Source: an uncultured SAR86 cluster bacterium (lineage in GTDB: Bacteria; Pseudomonadota; Gammaproteobacteria; Magnimaribacterales; AG-339-G14). From it: a DNA stretch of 64,000 bases. The DNA is taken from the NCBI GenBank assembly GCA_902589965.1, contig CACIUX010000004.1, positions 14,877-78,876 of the forward strand. The letters run 5' to 3'. A model generated the notes under the pieces. It was not told where the DNA came from. It ran no database searches and saw only the letters and a list, made by a program, of their open reading frames with translations. This document shows, piece after piece, positions 32,260-45,414 of the stretch (position 1 is its first letter; each line of letters begins with the position of its first letter). A program made the translations under genes and the position numbers.

Positions 32260-33201
32260 TTGTCCTCAAAGCCCTATAAGCTTAGTTACATAGCAAAATA
32301 TATCGGTGCCTCATTAGATGGAGATGATATTGAGATATCATCCATGAAATCTTTGGCTTCGGCATCTGATAAAGATATTTCATTTTTTTATAGTAATAAG
32401 TTTAAGGAAGACCTTTCAAAAACTAACGCAGGTGCTGTTATTACAGATACTGCGAACTCAAAATACTTCAAAGGAAATAAATTAATAATAGATAACGTTC
32501 ATCTGGCATATGCCAAAGCAACTGACTTATTTGCTGAATCAACTTTTTTGTCTGAAAAAAAAGGTTTATCTAAGGAAGCATTTATTAATAAAGAAGCTGT
32601 AATTTCAGATCATGTTTATGTTGGACCTGGTTGCGTGATAGAAAAAAACGTCGAGATAGGAAAGGGTTCTATTTTATTACCTAATGTAACTGTACTTTCA
32701 AATGTTTCAATTGGAGAGAATTGTATAATTCATTCAGGAACTGTAATCGGTTCAGATGGACTTGGTTTTGCTAAGGACGAAAACGATAAATGGAAAAAAA
32801 TAAATCACTTAGGAAAAGTGGTGATAAGTAATGATGTCGAGATAGGATCTAATTGTACTATTGATAGAGGTACTCTAGACGACACAATCATAGGTGAAAA
32901 TGTGAAGTTAGATGATCAAGTTCATATTGCGCATAATTGTAAAATTGGAAAATCTACAATAATGGGAGCAAATGCAACAATTGGAGGAAGCACAATCATT
33001 GGAAAAAACTGTATGATAGGTGGACTTTGCGGTGTAGCTGACAATCTGGTTATCACAGATGGGGTTACAGTATCTCCAGTTTCGTTCATATTTAAATCAA
33101 TAAATAAAGCAGGTAAATACTCGGGTTCTGCTCCGCTGATGCCAAGAGGAGAATGGTTGAAAGCTTCAGCAACTTATAAAAAGTTTTCAAAAAAAGATTA
33201 A
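32260..33201 (+). CDS. lpxD: UDP-3-O-acyl-glucosamine N-acyltransferase
   Basis: Hexapeptide repeats, IGSDGLGFA, TIDRG, HIAHN. Confidence 0.96.
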   Translation: MSSKPYKLSYIAKYIGASLDGDDIEISSMKSLASASDKDISFFYSNKFKEDLSKTNAGAVITDTANSKYFKGNKLIIDNVHLAYAKATDLFAESTFLSEKKGLSKEAFINKEAVISDHVYVGPGCVIEKNVEIGKGSILLPNVTVLSNVSIGENCIIHSGTVIGSDGLGFAKDENDKWKKINHLGKVVISNDVEIGSNCTIDRGTLDDTIIGENVKLDDQVHIAHNCKIGKSTIMGANATIGGSTIIGKNCMIGGLCGVADNLVITDGVTVSPVSFIFKSINKAGKYSGSAPLMPRGEWLKASATYKKFSKKD

Positions 33202-33638
33202 TGATTGAAAAGCAAGATATAAAAAGATATCTACCTCATAGAGAACCTTTCTTATTTGTTGATGGCGTGACAGAAATAATTAAAGATGAATATATAAAAG
33301 GTTTCAAAGAGGTTAAAGAAGATGAGTATTATTTTAAAGGTCATTTTCCTGATAACCCAATACTCCCTGGAGTAATAATCATTGAGGCATTAGCTCAAGT
33401 ATCTGGAATTTTAGGTTTTGTTACTATGAATAAGACCCCTGAAGAGGGTTCAATTTACTACTTTGTTGGAGCTGATAATGTTCGTTTTAGATCTCCAGTA
33501 GTTCCTCCAAGTATATTGACATTAGAATCTAAGAAAATTCAGGATAGGCGCGGCATATGGAAGTTTGACTGCAAGGCCTCATTGGAAGAGAATTTAGTTT
33601 GTTCTGCCACGATTTTATGTGCAGACAGACCAAAATGA
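33201..33638 (+). CDS. fabZ: 3-hydroxyacyl-ACP dehydratase FabZ
   Basis: LPHREPFLFVD, GHFPDNPILPGVIIIEALAQ. Confidence 0.97.
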   Translation: MIEKQDIKRYLPHREPFLFVDGVTEIIKDEYIKGFKEVKEDEYYFKGHFPDNPILPGVIIIEALAQVSGILGFVTMNKTPEEGSIYYFVGADNVRFRSPVVPPSILTLESKKIQDRRGIWKFDCKASLEENLVCSATILCADRPK

Positions 33639-34405
33639 TTCATGAAACTGCAATAATTGATCCCTCAGCAAAGATCGCTAAAAATGCCTCCATTGGTGCG
33701 TATTCATCTATCGGTAAAGATGTAGAGATTGGTTCAGGAACCATAATTGAATCGAATGTAGTCATTCATAAAAATTCAAAGCTTGGAAAAGACAATCATA
33801 TATATCCTTTTGCAAGCATTGGAGGAGATCCTCAAGATTTAAAATACGAAGATGAAGAAACTTTCCTCAAGATTGGTAACAATAACCAAATCCGAGAGGG
33901 AGTTACCATAAATAGAGGTACTGCCCAAGAGAAAGGTTTGACATCAATTGGAAATAACAATCTCTTTATGGCTTATTCACATGTGGCTCATGATTGCACT
34001 TTAGATGATGATATTGTTTTAGTTAATAATGTTGCTTTAGCTGGAGTTGTAAATATTGCAAAAGGTGCAAGGTTAGGTGGATATACTTTAGTTCATCAAT
34101 TTTGCAATATTGGCCCATATAGTTTTTGCGCCATGGGATCTGCAGTTTCAAAAGATATTCCTGCATTTGTAAGAGTTAGCGGAAATCCTGCCATACCAAG
34201 AGGACTGAATGTAATTGGAATACAAAGATTAGATCTTAGAAAAGATCAATCATCACTGTTAAAAAAATTTTATAAGCTTGTATATTTAAGAAAACTTAAA
34301 CTTGATCAAGCCATTTCTGAGATTGAAAAAGAAGTATCCGATTTTGATGAAGGAAAACTTTTTCTTAATTCAATTCAAAGTTCTGATCGAGGAATAGTTC
34401 GCTAA
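33635..34405 (+). CDS. lpxA: UDP-N-acetylglucosamine O-acyltransferase
   Basis: Start moved to ATG 33635 (MIHETAIIDP); PQDLKY, HVAHDC, VHQF. Confidence 0.97.
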   Translation: MIHETAIIDPSAKIAKNASIGAYSSIGKDVEIGSGTIIESNVVIHKNSKLGKDNHIYPFASIGGDPQDLKYEDEETFLKIGNNNQIREGVTINRGTAQEKGLTSIGNNNLFMAYSHVAHDCTLDDDIVLVNNVALAGVVNIAKGARLGGYTLVHQFCNIGPYSFCAMGSAVSKDIPAFVRVSGNPAIPRGLNVIGIQRLDLRKDQSSLLKKFYKLVYLRKLKLDQAISEIEKEVSDFDEGKLFLNSIQSSDRGIVR

Positions 34406-35520
34406 TGCCATTGAAAGTGGGGTTATGTGCTACGGAGTCATCTGGAGATATTCTCGGTTCAGACTTAATTAGAAACCTTAAATCTAAAGATCCTTTAATA
34501 GAGTTCTTTGGCCTTGGCGGCTCTGAAATGAAAAAAGAAGGTTTTAATTCATTTGATTCAAATGAAGAACTTCAAGTAATGGGACTGATTGATCCAATAT
34601 TTAGGATTAAAAGAATTCTTAAAAAAAGAAACGAACTAATAGACCACCTAATAGATAAAAATATAGATATTTTTATTGGAATCGATAGTCCATCATTAAA
34701 TTTAGGAATTTCCAGAATTTTAAAAAAAAAGTCTAATATCAAAACAGTGCAGTATGTTTGTCCTCAGGTTTGGGCATGGAGATCAAACAGAGCAAAAAAA
34801 TTTAATGATTTTTTAGATCTCGTTTTAAATTTATTCCCTTTTGAGAAAAGGTTTCTTCAAAATTTCAGTGTTAATTCAGTTTTTGTAGGTCACCCTAAAG
34901 CATCTCGCATTTCAACTAATATTGATAAATTTAAATATAAATTGGAATTAGACTTAGATCCTGATCTAAAAACACTTTCTTTTTTACCTGGGAGCAGAAA
35001 ATCTGAAATCAATGCTCATTTGCCCGTGATGATTGAAACGATTAACTCTCTGAGAAAAAGGGGAGATTATCAAGTTTTAATTCCCTTTAAGGATGAAAAC
35101 GAAATTTCGATGAATTTAGGTAATTTAAAATCAAAAACTTACAAAATATTTATCGATAAGACAGATTCAGTTCTTGCTGCAACTGATATAGCAGTTAGTG
35201 TGTCTGGCACAGCTACTCTTGAGTGCCTTTTAAATCAGGCTCCTCCAGTAGTTTGTTACAAAACAAATTTGTTTAATAACTTTCTTTTAAATCAATTTTT
35301 AAAAACAAAATACATTTCACTCCCGAATATCCTTGCAGAGGAGAAATTAATCCCAGAATTGAGACAAGGTTTTGTTAATGCCGATAGAATAGAAAAAGAG
35401 CTGCTTAACATGTGTGAAGCCACCAACTTAGATCGGATAAAAATGAAATTCCATGAAATTCATAATTCTTTGAAAGTAAATCAAGAAGATAAATTTAACT
35501 GTCTTTTTGATTTAGTATGA
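34405..35520 (+). CDS. lpxB: Lipid A disaccharide synthase
   Basis: ESSGD, PQVWAWR, FVGHP, LPGSR, SGTATLE. Confidence 0.96.
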   Translation: MPLKVGLCATESSGDILGSDLIRNLKSKDPLIEFFGLGGSEMKKEGFNSFDSNEELQVMGLIDPIFRIKRILKKRNELIDHLIDKNIDIFIGIDSPSLNLGISRILKKKSNIKTVQYVCPQVWAWRSNRAKKFNDFLDLVLNLFPFEKRFLQNFSVNSVFVGHPKASRISTNIDKFKYKLELDLDPDLKTLSFLPGSRKSEINAHLPVMIETINSLRKRGDYQVLIPFKDENEISMNLGNLKSKTYKIFIDKTDSVLAATDIAVSVSGTATLECLLNQAPPVVCYKTNLFNNFLLNQFLKTKYISLPNILAEEKLIPELRQGFVNADRIEKELLNMCEATNLDRIKMKFHEIHNSLKVNQEDKFNCLFDLV

Positions 35521-36074
35521 TTCTCGGAGTAGACGAAGTTGGAAGAGGATCCATCGCCGGTCCGGTTGTGTCTGCTGCGGTTATTTTAGGAGAAAATAAA
35601 ATCCTTGGGCTTAAGGACTCTAAAGATCTCTCAGAAAAAAAACGTATAGAATTTTCTAATCAAATTAAGGAATTATCTCTTGACTGGTCTATTGGATTAT
35701 CTTCTGTAAAGGAAATAGATAAATATAACATCCGGGAAGCTACTAAGCTTTCAATGATAAGGGCAATAAGCAAAGTAAAAAAACCTTTTTCAAAAATAAT
35801 TATTGATGGAAACGATAATTTTTTTAATGATAAATCTGTAGAATTTATAATTAAAGCAGACACTAAAATTAGAGAAGTAATGGCCGCTTCTATAATTGCA
35901 AAAGTCTATAGAGATGAATACATGACAGAACTAGAAAATAAATTTAAGGGCTATTTTTTTGACAAACATAAAGGTTACTCAACCAAACTTCATAAGAGTA
36001 TGATTAAGAAATATGGAGTCACAAATATTCATAGAAAATCTTTCAGGCCAATTAAGCAATTTCTAAATGAATAA
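35517..36074 (+). CDS. rnhB: Ribonuclease HII
   Basis: GVDEVGRG, DSK, AASIIAKV, HKGY. Confidence 0.96.
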   Translation: MILGVDEVGRGSIAGPVVSAAVILGENKILGLKDSKDLSEKKRIEFSNQIKELSLDWSIGLSSVKEIDKYNIREATKLSMIRAISKVKKPFSKIIIDGNDNFFNDKSVEFIIKADTKIREVMAASIIAKVYRDEYMTELENKFKGYFFDKHKGYSTKLHKSMIKKYGVTNIHRKSFRPIKQFLNE

Positions 36075-39000
36075 ATTTTCACACTTAAACATACATTCTC
36101 AATACTCAATCTCTGATGGCTTAGTGAGATTAGATGAGCTTTCAAGCAAAGCAAAAGAATTAAATTTTGAATCTATTGCGATAACAGATGATTCAAATTT
36201 ATTTGGATTTGTAAAATTTTATAAAGAAATGCGCGACAAAGGCATTAAGCCAATTTGTGGGGTAAATTTTAATTCTGTGAAAGACATAAGCAATAATTCT
36301 GAGTCTGGAAAATTAACTCTTTATGCAAAAAATTTTGAAGGCTATAGAAACCTAACAAAGTTAGTATCTAAAACCCATATAGAAGGAAGAATTAGATCGA
36401 TACCTCATCTTAAATTGGAGTGGCTAAAAGATTTAAATGAAGGATTAATTTTATTATCTGGAGATATGGAAGGACACATCGCTGATGCAATCCTAAAAAA
36501 TAATTTTGAGCTAGCCGAAGCAAGAATAGATTTTTTTAAAAAAATATTTAATGAGGATTTCTTCATTGAGATTTCCAGGCTAGGAAGGGAAAGGGAAGAA
36601 GATTACATTAATATTGTTACATCTATGGCGGCCAAAGCAAAAATACCTCTTGTAGCAACCAATCAGGTTAGATTCATGGAAGAAGAAGAATTTGAAGCTC
36701 ATGAAACTAGAGTATGTATTCAAACTGGTAATGTTCTAAGCGATCCTGCAAGAAAAAAGAATTACTTATCAACTCAATATTTCAAATCAACAGATGAAAT
36801 GTTTGAGTTGTTTGAGGATATACCAGAAGCTTTAGAAAATTCTTATTTGATTTCTCAAAAATGCAACCTTGTAATTGAGCTAGGCAAATATATTCTCCCT
36901 GACTTTGAGACACCCAACGGTGAAACAGAAGATGATTACCTAAAAAAAATATCTATCGTAGGCCTGCATAAAATTTTTGGAGACGAAGTTAAGGAAGATT
37001 ATTTTTCAAGACTAGATTTTGAATTAAGTGTAATTCAAAAAATGGGATATTCAGGCTACTTTTTAATTGTTGCAGATTTTGTTAATTGGGCTAAAGAGAA
37101 TGATGTTCCTGTTGGTCCGGGAAGAGGATCAGGTGCTGGATCATTAGTTGCATATGCCATAGGAATAACAGGATTAGACCCTATCAAATATGATCTGTTG
37201 TTTGAAAGATTTCTTAATCCTGACCGAATTAGCAATCCAGATTTTGATATAGATTTTTGCAAGGATGGTAGAGAGAAAGTAATTGAATACGTTACAAATA
37301 AATACGGGCAAGATTCTGTTGCTCAAATAAGTACCTTAGGCACTATGGCTGCTAGAGCAGTTGTAAGAGATGTGGCAAGAGCTCAAGGAAAATCCTATAG
37401 CCTTGCAGATCGTCTTGCTAAATTAATTCCTTTTCATCCTGACATGACACTAAAAACTGCATTGCAAAATAAAGAATTAAAACAAGCAATTAAAAATGAT
37501 GAAGATGCAGAAGAAATTATTGAGATGTCACAGAAACTTGAAGGTTTATCAAGGAATGTGGGAAAGCATGCTGCAGGCGTTGTCATGGCTCCATCAAAAA
37601 TAACAGATTTTTCTGCTCTCTACTTAGATGAGGAGACCGGCGCAGTATCTACTCAATATGATATGAAAGATATTGAACTTGTTGGATTGCAAAAATTCGA
37701 TTTCTTAGGTCTTAAAACTTTAACAATAATGAAAAATGCCCTGAAGCTAATTAATCAGAACAGACAGAAATTAAATCTTGAACCAATTAATTTAGATGAT
37801 CTTCCTCTTGATGATTCAAAGACGTATCAGCTCCTCCAAAAAGGCTTAACTACTGCTGTTTTTCAACTGGAATCAAGGGGTATTAAAGAGTACATAGTTA
37901 AACTAAAACCGAATAACTTTGAAGATATTATTACCTTGATTGCCTTATATAGGCCTGGTCCATTAGAAATGAACATGGTTGAAACTTATATTGAAAGAAA
38001 ACACGGAAGAGAAGAATTCTCATACGGTGATGAATCAGTTGAAAAAATACTTGATAAAACTCATGGTGTGATTGTTTATCAAGAACAAGTGATGCAATTG
38101 GCTCAGGAATTCTCCGGTTTTACGCTTGGTGAGGCAGATATTCTTAGAAGAGCAATGGGAAAGAAAATAGCGTCTGAGATGGAAGAACAAAAAGAACCTT
38201 TCATAACAGGCGCAATTGAAAAAGGAAAAAATAAAAGATTTGCTGAAGGATTATTTGATCAAATTGAAAAATTTGCTGGCTATGGTTTTAATAGGTCTCA
38301 TTCTGCAGCTTATGCCTTTATTTCTTATCAGACAGCATGGTTAAAAGCCCACTATCCAGCAGAGTTTATGTCTGCTGTCTTAAGTTCAGAAATGGATGAT
38401 ACTGATAAGATTCAGATGCTACTTGATGACTGCAAGCTTTTGGGCCTTAAAGTCTTGCCGCCTGATATTAATTCAAGTTTTTTTGAATTCAGGAATATAG
38501 ACAATGAAACACTGATGTATGGATTGGGAGCAATAAAGGGAGTTGGCAAGTCAGCCATCGAAAGCATAATTGATAACAGGACTTTAAAAGGGAACTTCAA
38601 GACCCTTTCAGATTTTTCTAGTCGCATTGATACAGAAAAAGTGGGAAAAAGAGCACTGGAACCTCTGATAGCTTCTGGCTCAATGGATTCATTTCAATCT
38701 AGTAGGGAAGAGATGTTTGTGAATATTGAATCTGCTTTAAAGTTTGCCAGACAGGTGTCTGAAGAGAAAAAAAGCGGTATTGATGATTTATTCGGTGACG
38801 TTGAACTGCCTAACGTAATTCCTATCACAAAAGCAAAAACCATTGAATTTGATAAGTCTCTAGGTGAGCTAAACTCTTTAGGATTTTATTTCTCATGTCA
38901 TCCTATGGATGAATATAAATGGGAAATTGAGCAAATTTGCCCTAACAGGATTTCTAGTCTCAATGAAGATAAAAATATTCAAAGGTGTGCAGGTGTTATA

Positions 39001-39504
39001 ACTACCAAAAGGACAATTCAAGGCAGGAGAGGCCCGGTAACATTTGCAACATTAGATGACGGAACTGAAAAAATAGAAATTATTTTGGGTTCTGATGTAA
39101 TGCAATCAATGCAGGTTGAATTAAATAACAAAGATATTTTTATTGTGGACGGCAAGGTTACTGTAGATAATTCTCGAGAAGTTTTGTACGGATTAGCAAA
39201 AAAAATTGAAGTAACTAATATCAATACTTTAGAAAACTTAAGAATCAGGATGGTAGAAAAATTAAGAATATCTCTGATTGAATCAAAGAAGTCTAACATT
39301 GAGAGCTTCAAAAGATTGCTAGACGACCTTGGTACAGAATCTTCAATTGGTTGTCCTGTTGAGCTGAAATATACTTCAAAAAAATCTGAAGCAGAAATAG
39401 AATTCGATGAGGATAGGAGAATTTTGTTAACTAACAATACCATGAAAGCCCTTTTAAATACTTATGGAAGAGATAATTTAGAACTTATGTATCATAGAAG
39501 ATAA
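36067..39504 (+). CDS. dnaE: DNA polymerase III alpha subunit
   Basis: PHP domain, GPGRGSGAGS, PDFDIDF, FNRSHSAAY. Confidence 0.99.
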   Translation: MNKFSHLNIHSQYSISDGLVRLDELSSKAKELNFESIAITDDSNLFGFVKFYKEMRDKGIKPICGVNFNSVKDISNNSESGKLTLYAKNFEGYRNLTKLVSKTHIEGRIRSIPHLKLEWLKDLNEGLILLSGDMEGHIADAILKNNFELAEARIDFFKKIFNEDFFIEISRLGREREEDYINIVTSMAAKAKIPLVATNQVRFMEEEEFEAHETRVCIQTGNVLSDPARKKNYLSTQYFKSTDEMFELFEDIPEALENSYLISQKCNLVIELGKYILPDFETPNGETEDDYLKKISIVGLHKIFGDEVKEDYFSRLDFELSVIQKMGYSGYFLIVADFVNWAKENDVPVGPGRGSGAGSLVAYAIGITGLDPIKYDLLFERFLNPDRISNPDFDIDFCKDGREKVIEYVTNKYGQDSVAQISTLGTMAARAVVRDVARAQGKSYSLADRLAKLIPFHPDMTLKTALQNKELKQAIKNDEDAEEIIEMSQKLEGLSRNVGKHAAGVVMAPSKITDFSALYLDEETGAVSTQYDMKDIELVGLQKFDFLGLKTLTIMKNALKLINQNRQKLNLEPINLDDLPLDDSKTYQLLQKGLTTAVFQLESRGIKEYIVKLKPNNFEDIITLIALYRPGPLEMNMVETYIERKHGREEFSYGDESVEKILDKTHGVIVYQEQVMQLAQEFSGFTLGEADILRRAMGKKIASEMEEQKEPFITGAIEKGKNKRFAEGLFDQIEKFAGYGFNRSHSAAYAFISYQTAWLKAHYPAEFMSAVLSSEMDDTDKIQMLLDDCKLLGLKVLPPDINSSFFEFRNIDNETLMYGLGAIKGVGKSAIESIIDNRTLKGNFKTLSDFSSRIDTEKVGKRALEPLIASGSMDSFQSSREEMFVNIESALKFARQVSEEKKSGIDDLFGDVELPNVIPITKAKTIEFDKSLGELNSLGFYFSCHPMDEYKWEIEQICPNRISSLNEDKNIQRCAGVITTKRTIQGRRGPVTFATLDDGTEKIEIILGSDVMQSMQVELNNKDIFIVDGKVTVDNSREVLYGLAKKIEVTNINTLENLRIRMVEKLRISLIESKKSNIESFKRLLDDLGTESSIGCPVELKYTSKKSEAEIEFDEDRRILLTNNTMKALLNTYGRDNLELMYHRR

Positions 39505-40454
39505 TGTCTTACTCTTTTTTAGATTTTGAAAAACCAATCAGCCTTTTAGAAAAAAAGATTGAAGATCTGCGCTCGAGCCAAGACCAGCCAGATGTAATCC
39601 AAAGCCAAGTTGATTCTCTTAATAAAGAAATTATCAAAATAACAAAGGAGCTATATTCAAATCTTTCCATATGGCAAAAAGTTCAAGTTGCGAGACATCC
39701 CCACAGGCCGCATTTCAGTGATTACATAGAAAAAATATTTCATAATTTTGATGAACATCATGGCGATAGAAATTTTGGTGATGATAGGGCAATAATTGGA
39801 GGGACCGCTACTTTCAAAGGAAAGCCTGTGATGCTTATCGGTCATGAAAAAGGTAAGGACACAAAAGATAAGATAGAAAGAAATTTTGGTATGTCGCAAC
39901 CAGAAGGTTATCGAAAAGCTGCAAGGTTAATGAAGCTCGCAGAAGATTTTTCTATGCCGGTCATAACATTTATCGATACTCCTGGGGCATATCCTGGCAT
40001 AGAAAGTGAAGAAAGAGGCAATTCACAAGCCATAGCCTATAACTTAAGTGTTATGTCCAAACTTAAAACACCAATTATTGTAATTATTACTGGAGAGGGC
40101 GGTTCTGGGGGAGCTTTGGCAATTGGAGTGGGAGATAATATATCAATGTTAGAGTTCTCTATTTATTCTGTGGCGTCTCCAGAAGCTTGTGCGTCGATAG
40201 TTTGGAGAGATTCTTCAAAAGCAGAGGATGCTGCAAAAGCAATGAAATTAGACGCTTCTAATCTTCTAGAGTTAAGTTTGATAGATAAAATCATCGATGA
40301 GCCTTTAGGCGGTGCTCATAGAGATGTTCAAAAAATGAGTTCCGTTCTTTCAGACCACATTTCTGAGCAGCTTGAAAAATGTTCGTCCCTTAATATTTCT
40401 GATCTTCTTAATGAAAGACACAAGAAAATTATGAGCTACGGAGCCATCGAGTAA
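39504..40454 (+). CDS. accA: Acetyl-CoA carboxylase carboxyltransferase alpha
   Basis: LDFEKPI, ARHPHRP, DTPGAYPG, GEGGSGGAL. Confidence 0.98.
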   Translation: MSYSFLDFEKPISLLEKKIEDLRSSQDQPDVIQSQVDSLNKEIIKITKELYSNLSIWQKVQVARHPHRPHFSDYIEKIFHNFDEHHGDRNFGDDRAIIGGTATFKGKPVMLIGHEKGKDTKDKIERNFGMSQPEGYRKAARLMKLAEDFSMPVITFIDTPGAYPGIESEERGNSQAIAYNLSVMSKLKTPIIVIITGEGGSGGALAIGVGDNISMLEFSIYSVASPEACASIVWRDSSKAEDAAKAMKLDASNLLELSLIDKIIDEPLGGAHRDVQKMSSVLSDHISEQLEKCSSLNISDLLNERHKKIMSYGAIE

Positions 40455-43084
<2,630 letters not shown>

Positions 43085-43132
43085 TTAAATAACCAATTTA
43101 TAAATTATTATACTATTCATAGCGAATGATAA

Positions 43133-43402
43133 ATGAATAAAGAGATTTTAAACAAAATGGGCATCTCAACTTATGAATTGGTTGAGGATTTTATATTTGT
43201 AGATAACAAAGTAAAGGCAGTCGATAAAAGTGATGAAAGCGAAGGCAATGATCAGTTTTTAAAATCATTGGATTACTACCTAAATAATTTCACTAAAGAT
43301 AAGAAAAATGCATTGAATTTTCTAAATTCTAAATCATTGAAGTTATCTGAATTATTGGAAAATTCTCAGATGAGGAAACAAGCTTGGAAAAATGAAAATT
43401 AA
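43133..43402 (+). CDS. Small protein, candidate minimal DNA polymerase III psi subunit (HolD-like)
   Basis: Directly upstream of and overlapping rimI; N-terminal LNKMGISTYEL and C-terminal LSELLENSQMRKQAW resemble psi termini. Confidence 0.6.
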   Translation: MNKEILNKMGISTYELVEDFIFVDNKVKAVDKSDESEGNDQFLKSLDYYLNNFTKDKKNALNFLNSKSLKLSELLENSQMRKQAWKNEN

Positions 43403-43907
43403 TTTCAGACCTATGAATAAAAATGATATCTACTATGTTCACGGCATAGAGTCGCTAACTAATGAAACTCCTTGGTCTGAAAATAATTTTTATGATGCCT
43501 TAAGGTTTAGTAAAGCCGATGTGGTAACTATTGACGGTAAAGTTAATGGGTATGTCATCTATCAGTATGTGATGGATGAAATCCATCTATTGAATATTTC
43601 TGTCGCTCCACAATTTATTGGAAAATCAATTGGTTATCAGTTGCTAAAAAGGGTTGTAGATCAATCAAAATATACTTTTAAAAAAAGAATTTTTTTAGAG
43701 GTTAGAGAATCAAACCAAAGAGCTATTAAGTTTTATCGTCGAAATGGTTTTCAGGAAGCAGGAGTAAGAAAGAATTATTACAAATTAAATTTTGGTAGAG
43801 AGGATGGATTAATTATGCAAAAAAATCTAAGCAAGCCTGTAATTATTCTTCTACTCGATAATGTCTTTAAGTTCTTCTTCAATCTCGCTAGGTTCCGTCT
43901 GAGGTGA
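43392..43907 (+). CDS. rimI: Ribosomal-protein-alanine N-acetyltransferase
   Basis: TPWS, EIHLLNISV, LEVRESN, GVRKNYY, REDG. Confidence 0.92.
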   Translation: MKINFRPMNKNDIYYVHGIESLTNETPWSENNFYDALRFSKADVVTIDGKVNGYVIYQYVMDEIHLLNISVAPQFIGKSIGYQLLKRVVDQSKYTFKKRIFLEVRESNQRAIKFYRRNGFQEAGVRKNYYKLNFGREDGLIMQKNLSKPVIILLLDNVFKFFFNLARFRLR

Positions 43908-44330
43908 ATACCTTTTTATAACGTTCCCATCTCTATCAACTAAAAACTTTGTAAAGTTCCACTTAATGGCTTCGGTTAAAATTCCAGTTTTTTCCGATTT
44001 TAAATATTCATAAAGCGGATGGGTATTTGACCCATTTACTTCAATTTTTTTCATTACAGGAAAATTAACATCGTACTTCGTTTTACAAAAAGTTTGAATT
44101 TCCTCATCGGTACCTGGTTCTTGACCCATGAATTGGTTGCAAGGGAAACCAATAACTTGCAAATCTTTCTCATATGAATCCTGGATTTGTTTAAGGCCTT
44201 CGTACTGCGGTGTAAGACCACATTTACTAGCTACATTAACTATCAAAATATACTTTCCTTTGTATTCTTCTAAGTTTTTTTCTGCTTCTTTTGAATCCTG
44301 AAAATTTATTGAATAGATGTTTGGTTCCAC
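43851..44330 (-). CDS. Cys-type glutathione peroxidase family protein
   Basis: NVASKCGLTPQY, GFPCNQF, KWNFTKFL. Confidence 0.95.
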   Translation of the reverse strand: MEPNIYSINFQDSKEAEKNLEEYKGKYILIVNVASKCGLTPQYEGLKQIQDSYEKDLQVIGFPCNQFMGQEPGTDEEIQTFCKTKYDVNFPVMKKIEVNGSNTHPLYEYLKSEKTGILTEAIKWNFTKFLVDRDGNVIKRYSPQTEPSEIEEELKDIIE

Positions 44331-44376
44331 TTTTTCCCCCTATATACTAAGCAAATGTTTTAGGAGGGTAATTATT

Positions 44377-45414
44377 ATGGAATATAGAAAATTAGGCAAT
44401 ACAGACATCGATGTGAGTGTTATTTGCTTAGGAACCATGACTTGGGGACAGCAAAATACTGAAGAAGAAGGTTTTGAGCAAATGGATTACGCCGTTGAAC
44501 AAGGAGTAAACTTTTTTGATACTGCTGAGTTATATTCTATTCCACCAATGGAAGATACTCAGGGGAGCACAGAGACAATAATTGGTAATTGGTTTGAAAA
44601 AAGAGGTAACAGAGAAAAAATTATCCTTGCAACTAAAGTTGCAGGAAGAAGCGGCATGAAATGGTTTCGAGGCGGTGAAACAAGACTTGATAGCGATAAC
44701 ATTACAAAGGCTATTGAAGGAAGCCTTAAAAGACTCAAAACTGACTACGTTGATCTTTATCAACTTCACTGGCCAGATAGACCAATAAATTTATTTGGTG
44801 GAGGCCTCTCTTATAAGCATTACGATTTAGAATCAGTAGCCATAGAGGAGACATTAAGAGTTTTGGGTGATTTAGTGAAAGAAGGAAAAATTAGGTACGT
44901 TGGCCTTTCCAATGAAACCCCATGGGGCCTGTCCGAATTTATTAAGGCTGCAGAAATGCATGACTTACCCAAAGTTGTGAGCGTTCAAAATGCCTATAAC
45001 TTGTTAAACAGAATTTATGAAGGTGGGATGTCCGAATTCCATCACAGATCTCAAGTTGGTTTGTTAGCTTACTCACCTCTTGCGCAGGGATATCTAACCG
45101 GGAAATACCTTGATGGTGCTAGGCCTGCTGGAGCTAGGACTACGTTATTTGAACGAGGCCAAAGATACGAAACGGAACAGGCAGAGGAAATAATAAGGAA
45201 GTATGTAAATCTTGCTAATGAATATTCAATGGATCCTGCTTTGATGGCTAATTCATTTGTTAATGATCAAGATTTTGTGACCTCAAACATTATTGGTGCC
45301 ACAACTATGGAGCAGCTAAAGATTGCTGTTGGCAGTATTGATACAAAGCTTGATGAAGAATGTCTGAAGAAAATTGAAGAAATTCATTACGGATGTCCAA
45401 ACCCTTGTCCATGA
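44377..45414 (+). CDS. tas: NADP(H)-dependent aldo-keto reductase, Tas-like
   Basis: Start moved to ATG 44377 after AGGAGG; LGTMTWG, DTAELY, DLYQLHWP, SNETPWG. Confidence 0.88.
   Translation: MEYRKLGNTDIDVSVICLGTMTWGQQNTEEEGFEQMDYAVEQGVNFFDTAELYSIPPMEDTQGSTETIIGNWFEKRGNREKIILATKVAGRSGMKWFRGGETRLDSDNITKAIEGSLKRLKTDYVDLYQLHWPDRPINLFGGGLSYKHYDLESVAIEETLRVLGDLVKEGKIRYVGLSNETPWGLSEFIKAAEMHDLPKVVSVQNAYNLLNRIYEGGMSEFHHRSQVGLLAYSPLAQGYLTGKYLDGARPAGARTTLFERGQRYETEQAEEIIRKYVNLANEYSMDPALMANSFVNDQDFVTSNIIGATTMEQLKIAVGSIDTKLDEECLKKIEEIHYGCPNPCP

Noticed and set aside
36067-36800. Degenerate PHP metal ligands in DnaE
   Set aside because: Same pattern as E. coli-type alpha subunits that rely on epsilon; not unusual
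43085-43132. Leucine attenuator upstream of leuA
   Set aside because: 48-bp spacer with no Leu-rich leader ORF or terminator
44210-44240. Selenocysteine in the glutathione peroxidase
   Set aside because: Active-site codon is TGT (Cys); no in-frame TGA
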